A stretch of 64,000 nucleotides of DNA. Origin: a virus. The notes under the pieces are model-generated. The model saw only the letters and a program-made list of their open reading frames with translations. It ran no database searches and was not told the origin of the DNA. The DNA lies in IMG/VR virus record IMGVR_UViG_3300021963_000021, positions 299,944-363,943 of that record; one strand, given 5' to 3'. The translations under genes and the position numbers were made by a program. Positions 54,118 to 62,476 of this stretch are shown here, one piece after another (positions within the stretch are counted from its first letter, which is position 1; each line of letters opens with the position of its first letter).

Positions 54118-54750
54118 ATGTTTACAGCTGATCAAGTTTGGGGTCTTGCCATAGCAGCAGATCGTATCAATGGGGGATACCTCAAAGAGCCCGTCTATGA
54201 CTTTGAAGTGGATCAGCGTAATCCTGTCAAAGAAGCCAACAAGGCCATCGTCAAGCGTTGGCTGCGTGAACAGGACTTCTCAGCAGCAACAGCTGAAGAT
54301 ATCGACCGTGGCCGTGTAGTTCGACACTACTTCAACGGCTTCCTACTCAAAGAACTCTCTGGAAAGATCAACGACTTCGAGCGCCAGGCTTTGAAGATCG
54401 CACAGAAGGACGAGTTCACGGGCCGCGATATGCTGGACTTCTCCATCGTCAGCTGCTTGCCCTCAGTGATGCTGCGTGATCAGGCTCGCAACGAGATCGC
54501 ACGTGAGATCCGCGTCAGTGAACAGCTGGCCGCCAAGGAAGGGGACGCTGTAGTCATGGACATCGAAGTGATCAGCAGCCGCTTCAACCCTGAGTATAAC
54601 AAGCATCGAGTCACTGCTCGCGCAGGGGAAAGCTTCGTGGACTTCTGGATCGGCACAGAGCTCAAGGGCACACACCGCATCAAGGCCAAGGTCAAACGGC
54701 ACCGTGGCGATAATACAACACAGCTTAACTATGTGAAAATCATCGGTTGA
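54118..54750 (+). CDS. hypothetical early protein
   Basis: 210 aa, RBS AAAGGAGCGAACTATG. Confidence 0.4.
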   Translation: MFTADQVWGLAIAADRINGGYLKEPVYDFEVDQRNPVKEANKAIVKRWLREQDFSAATAEDIDRGRVVRHYFNGFLLKELSGKINDFERQALKIAQKDEFTGRDMLDFSIVSCLPSVMLRDQARNEIAREIRVSEQLAAKEGDAVVMDIEVISSRFNPEYNKHRVTARAGESFVDFWIGTELKGTHRIKAKVKRHRGDNTTQLNYVKIIG

Positions 54751-54775
54751 CAGACCGATTAACTGAGCATATAAT
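54747..54775 (+). promoter_or_regulatory. sigma70-consensus early promoter
   Basis: TTGACAgaccgattaactgagcaTATAAT. Confidence 0.7.
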
Positions 54776-54824
54776 AGAAGCATAGTTAGAAACAACTGGG
54801 CACAAATTTTACTAGGAGGTCTCA

Positions 54825-55913
54825 ATGGCAAAAAGCACAGAAGCAAGCAACATCCGCACCGTAGGTCCTAAGGGTGCTATCAAGGCAATTAGCAAGGCTA
54901 TTGCCAAGCGTCGTCCACTCTTCCTCTGGGGTCCCCCCGGCATTGGTAAGAGTGATATCGTCAAGCAGATTGGCGATACAGCAGGCCGCGAAGTCATTGA
55001 CATTCGCTTGCCACTTTGGGAGCCCACTGACATCAAGGGTATCCCTTATTACAACTCAGACAGCAAGAGCATGGTGTGGGCACCTCCTAGTGAATTGCCT
55101 ATGGACCCAGATAGCAACGCTATCATCTTCTTGGACGAGCTTAACTCTGCTCCTCCGGCTGTCCAGGCTGCGGCCTATCAGTTAGTTCTGAATCGCCGTG
55201 TTGGCACCTATGTGCTTCCCAAGGGTGTAGATATTGTAGCGGCAGGTAACCGTGACGGTGACCGTGGTGTTACCTATCGTATGCCTAAGCCACTGGCTAA
55301 CCGCTTCCTACACTTGGAAATGAAACCTGACTTCGATGACTTCCAAGAGTGGGCTGTTATGAACAAAGTCCACGCAGAGGTTGTGGGTTACCTGGGCTTT
55401 GCCAAGCAGGACTTGTTCGACTTCGATCCTAAGTCTAGCTCACACGCATTCGCAACTCCTCGCTCTTGGAGTTTCGTTAGCGATCTGTTGGCAGACGACG
55501 ATGTCGACACTGACACGCTGACTAACTTGGTCGCAGGTGCTGTAGGTGACGGCCTCGCACACAAGTTCATGGCTCACCGTAAGGTTGCGGGCAAGATGCC
55601 TAAGGCCGCAGACATTGTCGACGGCAAAGAGAAAGAGCTTAAGATCAAGGAAGTGTCTGCGATGTATTCCTTGACCGTTAGCCTGTGCTATGAGCTCAAG
55701 GATCGTGCGGACAAGAAGGTCAAGGGTTGGGACTCTATGGCAGACAACTTCTTCCGCTACATGATGGATAACTTCCCAACAGAGTTGGTAGTGATGGGTG
55801 CCAAGGTTGCCCTTACCAACTACAACTTGCCCTTGGACGCTTCGAAGATGAAAAACTTCGACGAGTTCCATCAGCGTTTTGGCAAGTATGTTTTGAAAGC
55901 CATGGAGAACTGA
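54825..55913 (+). CDS. MoxR-family AAA+ ATPase (CobS-like)
   Basis: 362 aa. Walker A LWGPPGIGKS, Walker B IIFLDELN, with the AAA_5 / MoxR-type arrangement. Phage homologues are often annotated cobS. Confidence 0.65.
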   Translation: MAKSTEASNIRTVGPKGAIKAISKAIAKRRPLFLWGPPGIGKSDIVKQIGDTAGREVIDIRLPLWEPTDIKGIPYYNSDSKSMVWAPPSELPMDPDSNAIIFLDELNSAPPAVQAAAYQLVLNRRVGTYVLPKGVDIVAAGNRDGDRGVTYRMPKPLANRFLHLEMKPDFDDFQEWAVMNKVHAEVVGYLGFAKQDLFDFDPKSSSHAFATPRSWSFVSDLLADDDVDTDTLTNLVAGAVGDGLAHKFMAHRKVAGKMPKAADIVDGKEKELKIKEVSAMYSLTVSLCYELKDRADKKVKGWDSMADNFFRYMMDNFPTELVVMGAKVALTNYNLPLDASKMKNFDEFHQRFGKYVLKAMEN

Positions 55914-55972
55914 GACCTCGCTATGGCGTTCAGGGTGGAGTGCCAGCCCAGGTGCTCCGCCCACCTATTCGG

Positions 55973-56001
55973 TTGACAAGCAGGGCAGATGATAGTATAA
56001 T
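55973..56001 (+). promoter_or_regulatory. sigma70-consensus early promoter
   Basis: TTGACAagcagggcagatgatagTATAAT. Confidence 0.7.
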
Positions 56002-56026
56002 ATATACATACTAAGGAGAGCGAACA

Positions 56027-57232
56027 ATGGATCCAATCGTAGAGAAACTAACAACTGCCCGTATCGGCCTTCTTCTCAAGCACCCTTTCTTTGGCAACAT
56101 GGCTACTCGTATGCGTCTTATCGACGCCAGCGACTGGTGCCCTACAGCGGCAACTAACGGCCGTGACTTTATGTATAACAAGGACTTCGTTACCAAGCTC
56201 AGCGAAAAGAAGCTGGAGTTCCTGTTCGCACATGAGATCTGCCATGGTATCTTTGATCACTTTGGTCGTGTTGGTAGCCGCGATCGGCAACTGTCTAACA
56301 TCGCACAAGACTACGCTGTGAACCAGATCCTTGTGGACGAGCGTATCGGCGACAAGATCACTGAAGTTAAGATCTGCTATGATCCAAAGTATCGTGGCAT
56401 GGCTTGGGAAGAGATCTACGATATCCTTTGGGAGAAGGCAGAGAAGATTCCTATGGATCAGCTCTTGGCTCAGTTGGGTGACCTGCTTGACGAGCATATC
56501 AAAGAGCAAGAGGGTGCGGGTGCCGGCGATGACAAGACCAAAGACGGCAAAGACAAGCCTACTATGAGCAAAGAAGAAGCTCAGAAGATCCGTGATGAGC
56601 TCAAAGAAGCCATGATCCAATCCGCACAGGCCGCAGGTGCTGGTAAGGTGCCCGCAGGTATCCAGCGTATGATCAAGGACTTGACTGAGCCTAAGATGAA
56701 CTGGCGTGAAGTGCTACAGATGAATATCCAAAGCATTATCCGCAACGACTACTCCTTCCAACGCCCTAACCGCAAGAGCCAGCACAGTGGTGCTATTCTT
56801 CCAGGTATGAAGAACGATCAGACTGTGGATGTGGCTATTGGCATTGATATGTCAGGCAGTATCGGGCAAGAGGATGCTACCGTCTTCTTGAGTGAGGTCA
56901 AGGGCATCATGGAGCAATACGAAGACTATGCTATCGATATCTGGTGCTTTGACACAGAGATCTACAACCACAAGCGTTTCACACACGACGACGGTGACGC
57001 TCTGTTGAGCTATGAGCCTCAGGGTGGTGGTGGCACAGACTTCGAAGTCAATTGGGAGTTCATGAAGGACATTGACTTGGTACCTAAGAAGTTCATTATG
57101 TTTACTGACGGTTACCCATGCGGTGGCTGGGGTGACGAGGACTACTGCGATACCCTGTTCATTGTCAAAGGCTCTAACAACGAAGCACCGTTTGGACAGA
57201 CTGTGATCTATGATGAAAAGGTTACTGCGTAA
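56027..57232 (+). CDS. VWA-domain protein with N-terminal HExxH metallopeptidase-like motif (CobT/DUF2201-like partner of MoxR ATPase)
   Basis: 401 aa. FAHEICHGIFDH contains HExxH. The C-terminal half has the MIDAS motif DMSGSIG of a von Willebrand A domain. Confidence 0.6.
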   Translation: MDPIVEKLTTARIGLLLKHPFFGNMATRMRLIDASDWCPTAATNGRDFMYNKDFVTKLSEKKLEFLFAHEICHGIFDHFGRVGSRDRQLSNIAQDYAVNQILVDERIGDKITEVKICYDPKYRGMAWEEIYDILWEKAEKIPMDQLLAQLGDLLDEHIKEQEGAGAGDDKTKDGKDKPTMSKEEAQKIRDELKEAMIQSAQAAGAGKVPAGIQRMIKDLTEPKMNWREVLQMNIQSIIRNDYSFQRPNRKSQHSGAILPGMKNDQTVDVAIGIDMSGSIGQEDATVFLSEVKGIMEQYEDYAIDIWCFDTEIYNHKRFTHDDGDALLSYEPQGGGGTDFEVNWEFMKDIDLVPKKFIMFTDGYPCGGWGDEDYCDTLFIVKGSNNEAPFGQTVIYDEKVTA

Positions 57233-57824
57233 GTTCTGGGGGCGGAGTGCCCCTAAGGTAGACCTAGACGCTTTCAGCTCGAGTCAAGTAGGCAGCAAAC
57301 TATGGCTGACCGAACGGCTCGAGTCTGTGCTTGCGGATCAGGTACAGGCTCCCGTGGCTGGCTACAAGATCTGGATCTACGGTGGTTGGTACGGCATCAC
57401 TAATCTGATCATGCGGGTACGCGGAGTTATCCCGGTCGAGTATGTGCGCTGCATTGACCGGGATCCCGCATGTGAACCTATCGCTGATAAGATCAACAAG
57501 TTCTGGGAATGGCAGGACTGGCAGTTCAAGAGCATAACAGGTGACGTCAACGAAGTCAACTACAGCCAAGACAACCCCCATATCGTAATCAACAGCAGCG
57601 TAGAACATATGGGGCCAGGGAAGTGGTTTGATATGATTCCAAAGGGAACTATCGTGGTCTTACAGGGCAGCGATTTACCCCACCCTGATCACGTGCGACG
57701 CATACATAGCGTCGATGAATTACGGAGTGCCTGCCCGATGTCCAGCGAGTTCTACTCTGGATCAATGACCTTTAACTACCCTGGGCTAGAGCTAAAAAGG
57801 TTCATGATCATAGGGATCAAGTAA
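57210..57824 (+). CDS. hypothetical protein
   Basis: 204 aa, overlapping the VWA gene end. Confidence 0.3.
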   Translation: MMKRLLRKFWGRSAPKVDLDAFSSSQVGSKLWLTERLESVLADQVQAPVAGYKIWIYGGWYGITNLIMRVRGVIPVEYVRCIDRDPACEPIADKINKFWEWQDWQFKSITGDVNEVNYSQDNPHIVINSSVEHMGPGKWFDMIPKGTIVVLQGSDLPHPDHVRRIHSVDELRSACPMSSEFYSGSMTFNYPGLELKRFMIIGIK

Positions 57825-57826
57825 AC

Positions 57827-57837
57827 GGCCCCGCTGC
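57827..57837 (+). repeat. GGCCCCGCTGC 11-mer copy 4
   Basis: Exact copy directly after the TAA stop, 22 nt upstream of the -35. Confidence 0.6.
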
Positions 57838-57858
57838 ATATGTGTGCGTACAACCCGG

Positions 57859-57887
57859 TTGACAACAACATAAACTGAGCATATAAT
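57859..57887 (+). promoter_or_regulatory. sigma70-consensus early promoter
   Basis: TTGACAacaacataaactgagcaTATAAT. The 15-mer AACTGAGCATATAAT is shared with the promoter at 54747. Confidence 0.7.
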
Positions 57888-57917
57888 ACATACATCATAA
57901 CAGCATAGGAGCGACAC

Positions 57918-58286
57918 ATGCGATACTACGATACACTGCTTGAGACCAAGCGCGGGCCCTACACTGTGATCGTGGACAAGACCTGGGAAGATCTACACCC
58001 TAGGGACTGCTTCGATGACACTGTCACAGACATCAACGAGATCTGTAAAGACATCGATCGTGGTCATCTTGAATGGTTTATGCTGCGCACTCGAGTGTTC
58101 TACGAAGGGGTAGAACTCAGCTGTGAATACCTCGGCGGCATGCTCTACGAAGATCCTTCGGAGTGCCTCACAGACGGATCAGCAGAAGATCAGATCTGGA
58201 TGGCCCTGGATTCAGCTAAGAAAACTGCGCTAGAATACAAACAAAAGTTCGCGGACCTTGATGTAAATATTGAGGAGACCGCATAA
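57918..58286 (+). CDS. hypothetical early protein
   Basis: 122-aa ORF. Confidence 0.4.
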   Translation: MRYYDTLLETKRGPYTVIVDKTWEDLHPRDCFDDTVTDINEICKDIDRGHLEWFMLRTRVFYEGVELSCEYLGGMLYEDPSECLTDGSAEDQIWMALDSAKKTALEYKQKFADLDVNIEETA

Positions 58287-58660
58287 TGGAAACACTAACA
58301 ATCATGGCCCTAGTGGCTATAGCATTCTATCTAGGCTGGAGAGCCAATGAATTCATGACTAAGATCATGATTAGATCTTTGATGGACGACATGGGCATCA
58401 CTCCAGATCAACGGCAGCAACTGATCGAACGCTGCGCTGAAGAGATCAAAGAGATGAACAGCGAGGAAGACGATCTAGCAGAGATCAGCATCAAACTCGA
58501 GCAGCATCAGGGCGTGATCTTCGCCTACAGCGAGGATGACGGCATGTTCATGGGTCAAGGCAAGGACCGCGAAGAACTGTTCAAGAATCTAGGAGATCGC
58601 TTCAAGAATCTACGCTGCGTGGTCAAGGCCGAGAATGGGGCGGAGCTAATCCGTGGTTGA
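58286..58660 (+). CDS. hypothetical early protein
   Basis: 124 aa with an N-terminal TM helix. Confidence 0.35.
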   Translation: METLTIMALVAIAFYLGWRANEFMTKIMIRSLMDDMGITPDQRQQLIERCAEEIKEMNSEEDDLAEISIKLEQHQGVIFAYSEDDGMFMGQGKDREELFKNLGDRFKNLRCVVKAENGAELIRG

Positions 58661-58685
58661 CAGATTGGAAAAATGGTTGTACAAT
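58657..58685 (+). promoter_or_regulatory. sigma70-like promoter (TTGACA-17-TACAAT), ATG 6 nt downstream
   Basis: Suggests a leaderless transcript for the 58692 ORF. Confidence 0.55.
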
Positions 58686-58691
58686 ACGATC

Positions 58692-58907
58692 ATGAATACA
58701 GACTTTTACCTAAAATGGACAGCTTGCGCAGCTACACTCGTAGGGGCGTTGTTTACTTCGCTGCGATGGGATCCGTTCAACATTTGGTTCCTCAACGTGG
58801 GTGCGCTGCTGTACTTGATCTGGTCGCTGAGGATCCGCGAATGGAATCTCGTGGCTATCAACGGAGGACTGTTAACCATATACTTCGTAGGGTTATTCCT
58901 TCGATAG
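58692..58907 (+). CDS. hypothetical small membrane protein, candidate leaderless
   Basis: ~71 aa (MNTDFYLKWTACAATLVGALF...) with two TM helices. Confidence 0.35.
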   Translation: MNTDFYLKWTACAATLVGALFTSLRWDPFNIWFLNVGALLYLIWSLRIREWNLVAINGGLLTIYFVGLFLR

Positions 58908-58908
58908 G

Positions 58909-58937
58909 TTGACAGATTGAGCAACTGGACGTATACT
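58909..58937 (+). promoter_or_regulatory. sigma70-like promoter (TTGACA-17-TATACT)
   Basis: Followed by a CA-rich leader and RBS AAGGAGAGCGCAATG. Confidence 0.6.
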
Positions 58938-58968
58938 ACACACACTAAACACACAGAAGGAGAGCGCA

Positions 58969-59094
58969 ATGGGTTATGTAATCGCATTTGTTTTCGGTAT
59001 CATCGTGGCAACTGTGGGATTCACAGGCATCGCTAAGATCGGCGATCAGGCCGTGGACAAAGTTCAAACCATCACCAAGGAAGCCGCAAAATGA
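58969..59094 (+). CDS. hypothetical small membrane protein (41 aa)
   Basis: MGYVIAFVFGIIVATVGFTGIAK... Not in the ORF track. Confidence 0.35.
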   Translation: MGYVIAFVFGIIVATVGFTGIAKIGDQAVDKVQTITKEAAK

Positions 59095-59243
59095 GCTATC
59101 CTGGTCAACTCTTCGAAGATCCCTTCTACGATGATGATGGTGTTCTCGTTGACGAGGACGCTGAGTTATCGCCCGAGGAACAGCTGGCCATCATTGAAGA
59201 TGTGCTTGCGGACTTTGATCCTTTCAGCACAGTCAACTCATGA
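59091..59243 (+). CDS. hypothetical small acidic protein (50 aa)
   Basis: MSYPGQLFEDPFYDDDGVLVDEDAEL... ATGA overlap with the upstream ORF. Confidence 0.3.
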   Translation: MSYPGQLFEDPFYDDDGVLVDEDAELSPEEQLAIIEDVLADFDPFSTVNS

Positions 59244-59473
59244 TCGCAGAGTGGGTCTTGATCCTAGAACTCATGAGTCCCGGTGGGGATTTCATGGGCA
59301 AGATCGCACTGCCCTTCCACGATCAGAAGTCATGTAAGTTCGTACTAGATCAGGTTAAAAAACCTGTGGATACAGAGTATCCATTAGCGCCAAAAGCACG
59401 TGGAATCGTCTGCGTAACTAGGGATCATTGGACGGGCAAGAAGCTGATGCCCGGAGTTCCCTTAGACTACTAA
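59240..59473 (+). CDS. hypothetical protein
   Basis: 77-aa ORF. Confidence 0.3.
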   Translation: MIAEWVLILELMSPGGDFMGKIALPFHDQKSCKFVLDQVKKPVDTEYPLAPKARGIVCVTRDHWTGKKLMPGVPLDY

Positions 59474-59503
59474 GTCACTGAATTCATTGACGAATCTTTC
59501 CGG

Positions 59504-59532
59504 TTGACAGGGTGGGCAACTGCTGCTATTAT
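59504..59532 (+). promoter_or_regulatory. sigma70-like promoter (TTGACA-16/17-TATTAT)
   Basis: Upstream of the 59561 ATG. Confidence 0.5.
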
Positions 59533-59560
59533 AGGCACAGTTAGCAAGAGGAGCACAGCA

Positions 59561-59698
59561 ATGCGCAAGTTCAAGTTCATTATGGATAACCAGGAAGTCT
59601 TCCACGTGGTCGCTCGTGACTTCCGGGCTGCATGCCTAGCTTGGGAACAGTTCGGCAAAGACCCTAGAGACATCTGGGCTATTGAACAAACTGGTTGA
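59561..59698 (+). CDS. hypothetical small protein (45 aa)
   Basis: MRKFKFIMDNQEVFHVVARDF... The ORF-track extension to 59504 overlaps the promoter. Confidence 0.3.
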   Translation: MRKFKFIMDNQEVFHVVARDFRAACLAWEQFGKDPRDIWAIEQTG

Positions 59699-59723
59699 CA
59701 GTTTGGCTAACTGGTGCTATAAT
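59695..59723 (+). promoter_or_regulatory. sigma70-consensus early promoter
   Basis: TTGACAgtttggctaactggtgcTATAAT. Confidence 0.7.
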
Positions 59724-59746
59724 ATACACATACTAAGGAGAGCGAC

Positions 59747-59965
59747 ATGGGTTATTTTAAAGATCTAGAAATCGAAGTAATGACCATGGCCCACGAGATG
59801 GGTGATGACTTTGGCGATGACGCTATGACTGTGATCACCATCGCTAGAATCCTTGAAATGTCACCAACGGATGTCCAGGATATCCTCGCCGCAGACTTCG
59901 ATGAAGATCCACGTGAGTTTGCCGAGAGAGCCGCAGACTTGGACGCGGAGTATTACGGTGCCTAA
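59747..59965 (+). CDS. hypothetical acidic protein
   Basis: 72 aa, RBS TAAGGAGAGCGACATG. Confidence 0.4.
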   Translation: MGYFKDLEIEVMTMAHEMGDDFGDDAMTVITIARILEMSPTDVQDILAADFDEDPREFAERAADLDAEYYGA

Positions 59966-60168
59966 GTTCAAATACATCCTAGTCAGGGCCGCTGTGATCG
60001 ACGAATACTACGAGGTCGAAGCGGATTCCGAAGAAGAAGCCCTGAGCATGGCCTACGATGGCAACTTGGGAGATCCTGTAAAGACCGAATTCATCGATTG
60101 GCGTGATGATGAGTATCAGATCGCTGACACAGAGGAGATCGAGCCCTTGTATCAAATGGTTAAAGACT

Positions 60169-60357
60169 ATGACACCACAAGAACTTGAATACATCCGTAA
60201 GGCCAACTTGGTCCTAGCTGACCCCGAGACTACACCCATGGCTGCTGCCAAGATCTGTAGAGTGATCAGTCAGATCTACAAGAAGCAGGCAGAGAACCTG
60301 GAGTTTGCTTTGGTTGACAAGGTGGAGAATCGGTTGTATAATACGATTACTGATTAA
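60169..60357 (+). CDS. hypothetical small protein
   Basis: ~62 aa from the ATG (MTPQELEYIRK...). Confidence 0.3.
   Translation: MTPQELEYIRKANLVLADPETTPMAAAKICRVISQIYKKQAENLEFALVDKVENRLYNTITD
60313..60341 (+). promoter_or_regulatory. sigma70-consensus early promoter
   Basis: TTGACAaggtggagaatcggttgTATAAT. Confidence 0.7.
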
Positions 60358-60372
60358 CAAAAGGAGCGACTT

Positions 60373-60993
60373 ATGCCAAATTGGTGCAACAACAACTTGA
60401 CCCTACATCACGAAGATCCAGCAATGATCCAGCGAGCCTATGATGCTCTGGAACGCGGAGAGTTCTTACAGGAATTCATTCCAGTGCCAGAATCACTCAA
60501 GATCGTCGCGGGGTCCGTTGGTGATCCTGATGAACAACGCAAGTTAGAGGAAGCAACTGCTCGCAATGTAGAAGTCTACGGTTATGGCAACTGGTATGAC
60601 TACTGCGTGGGCGAATGGGGCACCAAGTGGGATGTAGGCGAGCAGGGTGCCAGCGATATCCATCCAGATGGCCGGCTCTTACACACCTCGTTCGACTCAG
60701 CATGGTCGCCACCGATCGAAGCCTATGTGAAGTTGAAAGAGATGGGCTTTACCGTGGGTGCGTTCTACTACGAACCCGGCATGTGCTACGCAGGCCACTG
60801 GGACGATGGCGATGATTGCTACTTCGATCTCTCTGAGATGAAGAGCCATGAGGTAGCACAGACATTGCCCAGTGATCTAGATGAGGCTTTTGCCATCTCA
60901 GAATCTATGGCTGAGTATGAGGCTGAGAACGAAGAAGAGCTCACACAGTGGATCCGTGAGGGAGTGGAGGCCAAGAATGGCACGGACTCTTAA
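60373..60993 (+). CDS. hypothetical early protein
   Basis: 206 aa, RBS AAAGGAGCGACTTATG. Confidence 0.4.
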   Translation: MPNWCNNNLTLHHEDPAMIQRAYDALERGEFLQEFIPVPESLKIVAGSVGDPDEQRKLEEATARNVEVYGYGNWYDYCVGEWGTKWDVGEQGASDIHPDGRLLHTSFDSAWSPPIEAYVKLKEMGFTVGAFYYEPGMCYAGHWDDGDDCYFDLSEMKSHEVAQTLPSDLDEAFAISESMAEYEAENEEELTQWIREGVEAKNGTDS

Positions 60994-61180
60994 GTATCTA
61001 CTGACCATAAAGACTGGAACAGACGGCCCGGGTGATCTCGCCCAGGTCGAGAACTTGATAGCCTTGGCTTTCAAGGATCTGCTCTACGATGACGAATTCG
61101 TGGAAGCTCTTGGGGAGACCCAGAGCATCTCGAGTCAGGTAACACCCATTTTGGACAATCAACCGCCACAAAGTGGTTGA
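60977..61180 (+). CDS. hypothetical small protein
   Basis: ~67 aa (MARTLKYLLTIK...). Confidence 0.3.
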   Translation: MARTLKYLLTIKTGTDGPGDLAQVENLIALAFKDLLYDDEFVEALGETQSISSQVTPILDNQPPQSG

Positions 61181-61205
61181 CAATTGGCTAGGATGATGTT
61201 ATAGT
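61177..61205 (+). promoter_or_regulatory. sigma70-like promoter (TTGACA-17-TATAGT)
   Basis: Upstream of the 61266 ORF. Confidence 0.55.
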
Positions 61206-61265
61206 TAATATACTACCAATAGTGGTAGATGTACACAACACACACACTTTGAAAGGCAACTTAAA

Positions 61266-61568
61266 ATGGCAACTGAAAAAATGTTCTCCGTCGCTGGTGT
61301 TTCCACCCAAGCTGGGAAGACCAAGATCCGTTTCGCAAACGACACCATGCGCATCAAGATCCTGGCCAAGAATGGCCACACTGACATCGACCTCGTGGAG
61401 CTGCCCACAGCTATGACCAAGGGTGAGATCGCAGAGCATCTTAAGACCGTCGAATTCGGCAAGGGCAATCCAGCTGTAGAAGCTGCCATCGCTTACATTG
61501 CCAAGAAGAATCCCGTGGCAGTAGCCACGGTGAAGGCCACTGCTAAGACAGCGGCCGTTGCTGCCTAA
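61266..61568 (+). CDS. hypothetical small basic protein (possibly abundant early protein)
   Basis: 100 aa. Followed by the CGCTCCCGG motif and a strong terminator. Confidence 0.4.
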   Translation: MATEKMFSVAGVSTQAGKTKIRFANDTMRIKILAKNGHTDIDLVELPTAMTKGEIAEHLKTVEFGKGNPAVEAAIAYIAKKNPVAVATVKATAKTAAVAA

Positions 61569-61603
61569 ATATCCGACTCGCTCCCGGATAGCAGCAATCC
61601 TTT

Positions 61604-61637
61604 GCCCTGTTGTGTAAAAGCAACAGGGCTTTTTTTT
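61604..61637 (+). terminator. rho-independent terminator
   Basis: GCCCTGTTG-TGTAAAAG-CAACAGGGC followed by 9 T. Abuts the next -35. Confidence 0.7.
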
Positions 61638-61638
61638 G

Positions 61639-61667
61639 GTTGACAACTGACTGTTTTGGCCGTACAA
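61639..61667 (+). promoter_or_regulatory. sigma70-like promoter (TTGACA-17-TACAAT)
   Basis: Upstream of the 61696 ORF. Confidence 0.6.
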
Positions 61668-61695
61668 TAGAGTCATAGTTAGATAAGGAGCGAAA

Positions 61696-61956
61696 ATGAT
61701 CATAGAACAAACAGAACAACAGCGTGTAGTCCAAGCCCTCAAGGGATGGCAATTTGTCAGAGGTACACACGGCTGCTTGTATGATCGTGGTTCAGCAGAC
61801 AGCTACTACGGCCGACCACGTAATCCGCACTATGGCGGTGTGGGTGGTGACAGTGGTCCGCGTGTTGACCAAGGCTTGAGCATAGACGAAATTAAAGAAT
61901 ACTACGCCGGCTATGAATACAACGAACGCTTCGGTGACAAGAAGGACTATCGGTAA
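61696..61956 (+). CDS. hypothetical protein
   Basis: 86 aa, RBS TAAGGAGCGAAAATG. Confidence 0.4.
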   Translation: MIIEQTEQQRVVQALKGWQFVRGTHGCLYDRGSADSYYGRPRNPHYGGVGGDSGPRVDQGLSIDEIKEYYAGYEYNERFGDKKDYR

Positions 61957-62183
61957 TGGGCTGGGTAGTCTACGATGATCAGTACCGCTTGGTCAAGTAC
62001 CACAAACGGGCTTCCACGGCCCGGGCTGCTGTGACTCGATACCGGAACGAACTGGAGAAAGGATATCGAAGCTATCCTAGGATCCTGGGCTGCTGCTCAT
62101 ATCAAGACTTCGAAGGGATCCTGATGGGCTTACGCGGTGATCAGTTCAAGATGTGGCAGTTTTGTAACAGTCAAATTGGTTGA
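61956..62183 (+). CDS. hypothetical protein
   Basis: 75-aa ORF. Confidence 0.3.
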   Translation: MGWVVYDDQYRLVKYHKRASTARAAVTRYRNELEKGYRSYPRILGCCSYQDFEGILMGLRGDQFKMWQFCNSQIG

Positions 62184-62207
62184 CATTTTGGACAAAGCAC
62201 AGTATAA
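62179..62207 (+). promoter_or_regulatory. sigma70-consensus promoter, ATG 7 nt downstream
   Basis: TTGACAttttggacaaagcacagTATAATacacacATG. Confidence 0.65.
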
Positions 62208-62214
62208 TACACAC

Positions 62215-62292
62215 ATGAACAAAGCAAAACTTTACCTACTACTGGCCCTGATCTGCACACTACAAGTCCTGGCCATCTTCACACTAACCTAA
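62215..62292 (+). CDS. candidate leaderless mini-ORF (25 aa hydrophobic peptide)
   Basis: MNKAKLYLLLALICTLQVLAIFTLT. Speculative. Confidence 0.2.
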   Translation: MNKAKLYLLLALICTLQVLAIFTLT

Positions 62293-62302
62293 GGAGCTGA
62301 CA

Positions 62303-62476
62303 ATGACACTAGCAGAAGCCTGCGAAATCATCCGAATCAAAGCCTATGGCGCTGATCAACCCTTCCTGGAGCAGCTGATGGCCATCAAGGCCCGTCCAGA
62401 GGAATACAATCTTGAAACTCTCAAAGCCTACTACGTGGTCATGGATGCTGGCCAGAAGATGTTTGCGCCGGCATGA
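62303..62476 (+). CDS. hypothetical small protein (57 aa)
   Basis: RBS TAAGGAGCTGACAATG. Confidence 0.35.
   Translation: MTLAEACEIIRIKAYGADQPFLEQLMAIKARPEEYNLETLKAYYVVMDAGQKMFAPA

Noticed and set aside
55440-56620. Antisense ORFs of 174 and 190 aa within the MoxR ATPase and VWA genes
   Set aside because: The sense-strand genes have clear Walker and MIDAS motifs, consensus promoters and RBSs. The antisense ORFs have none.
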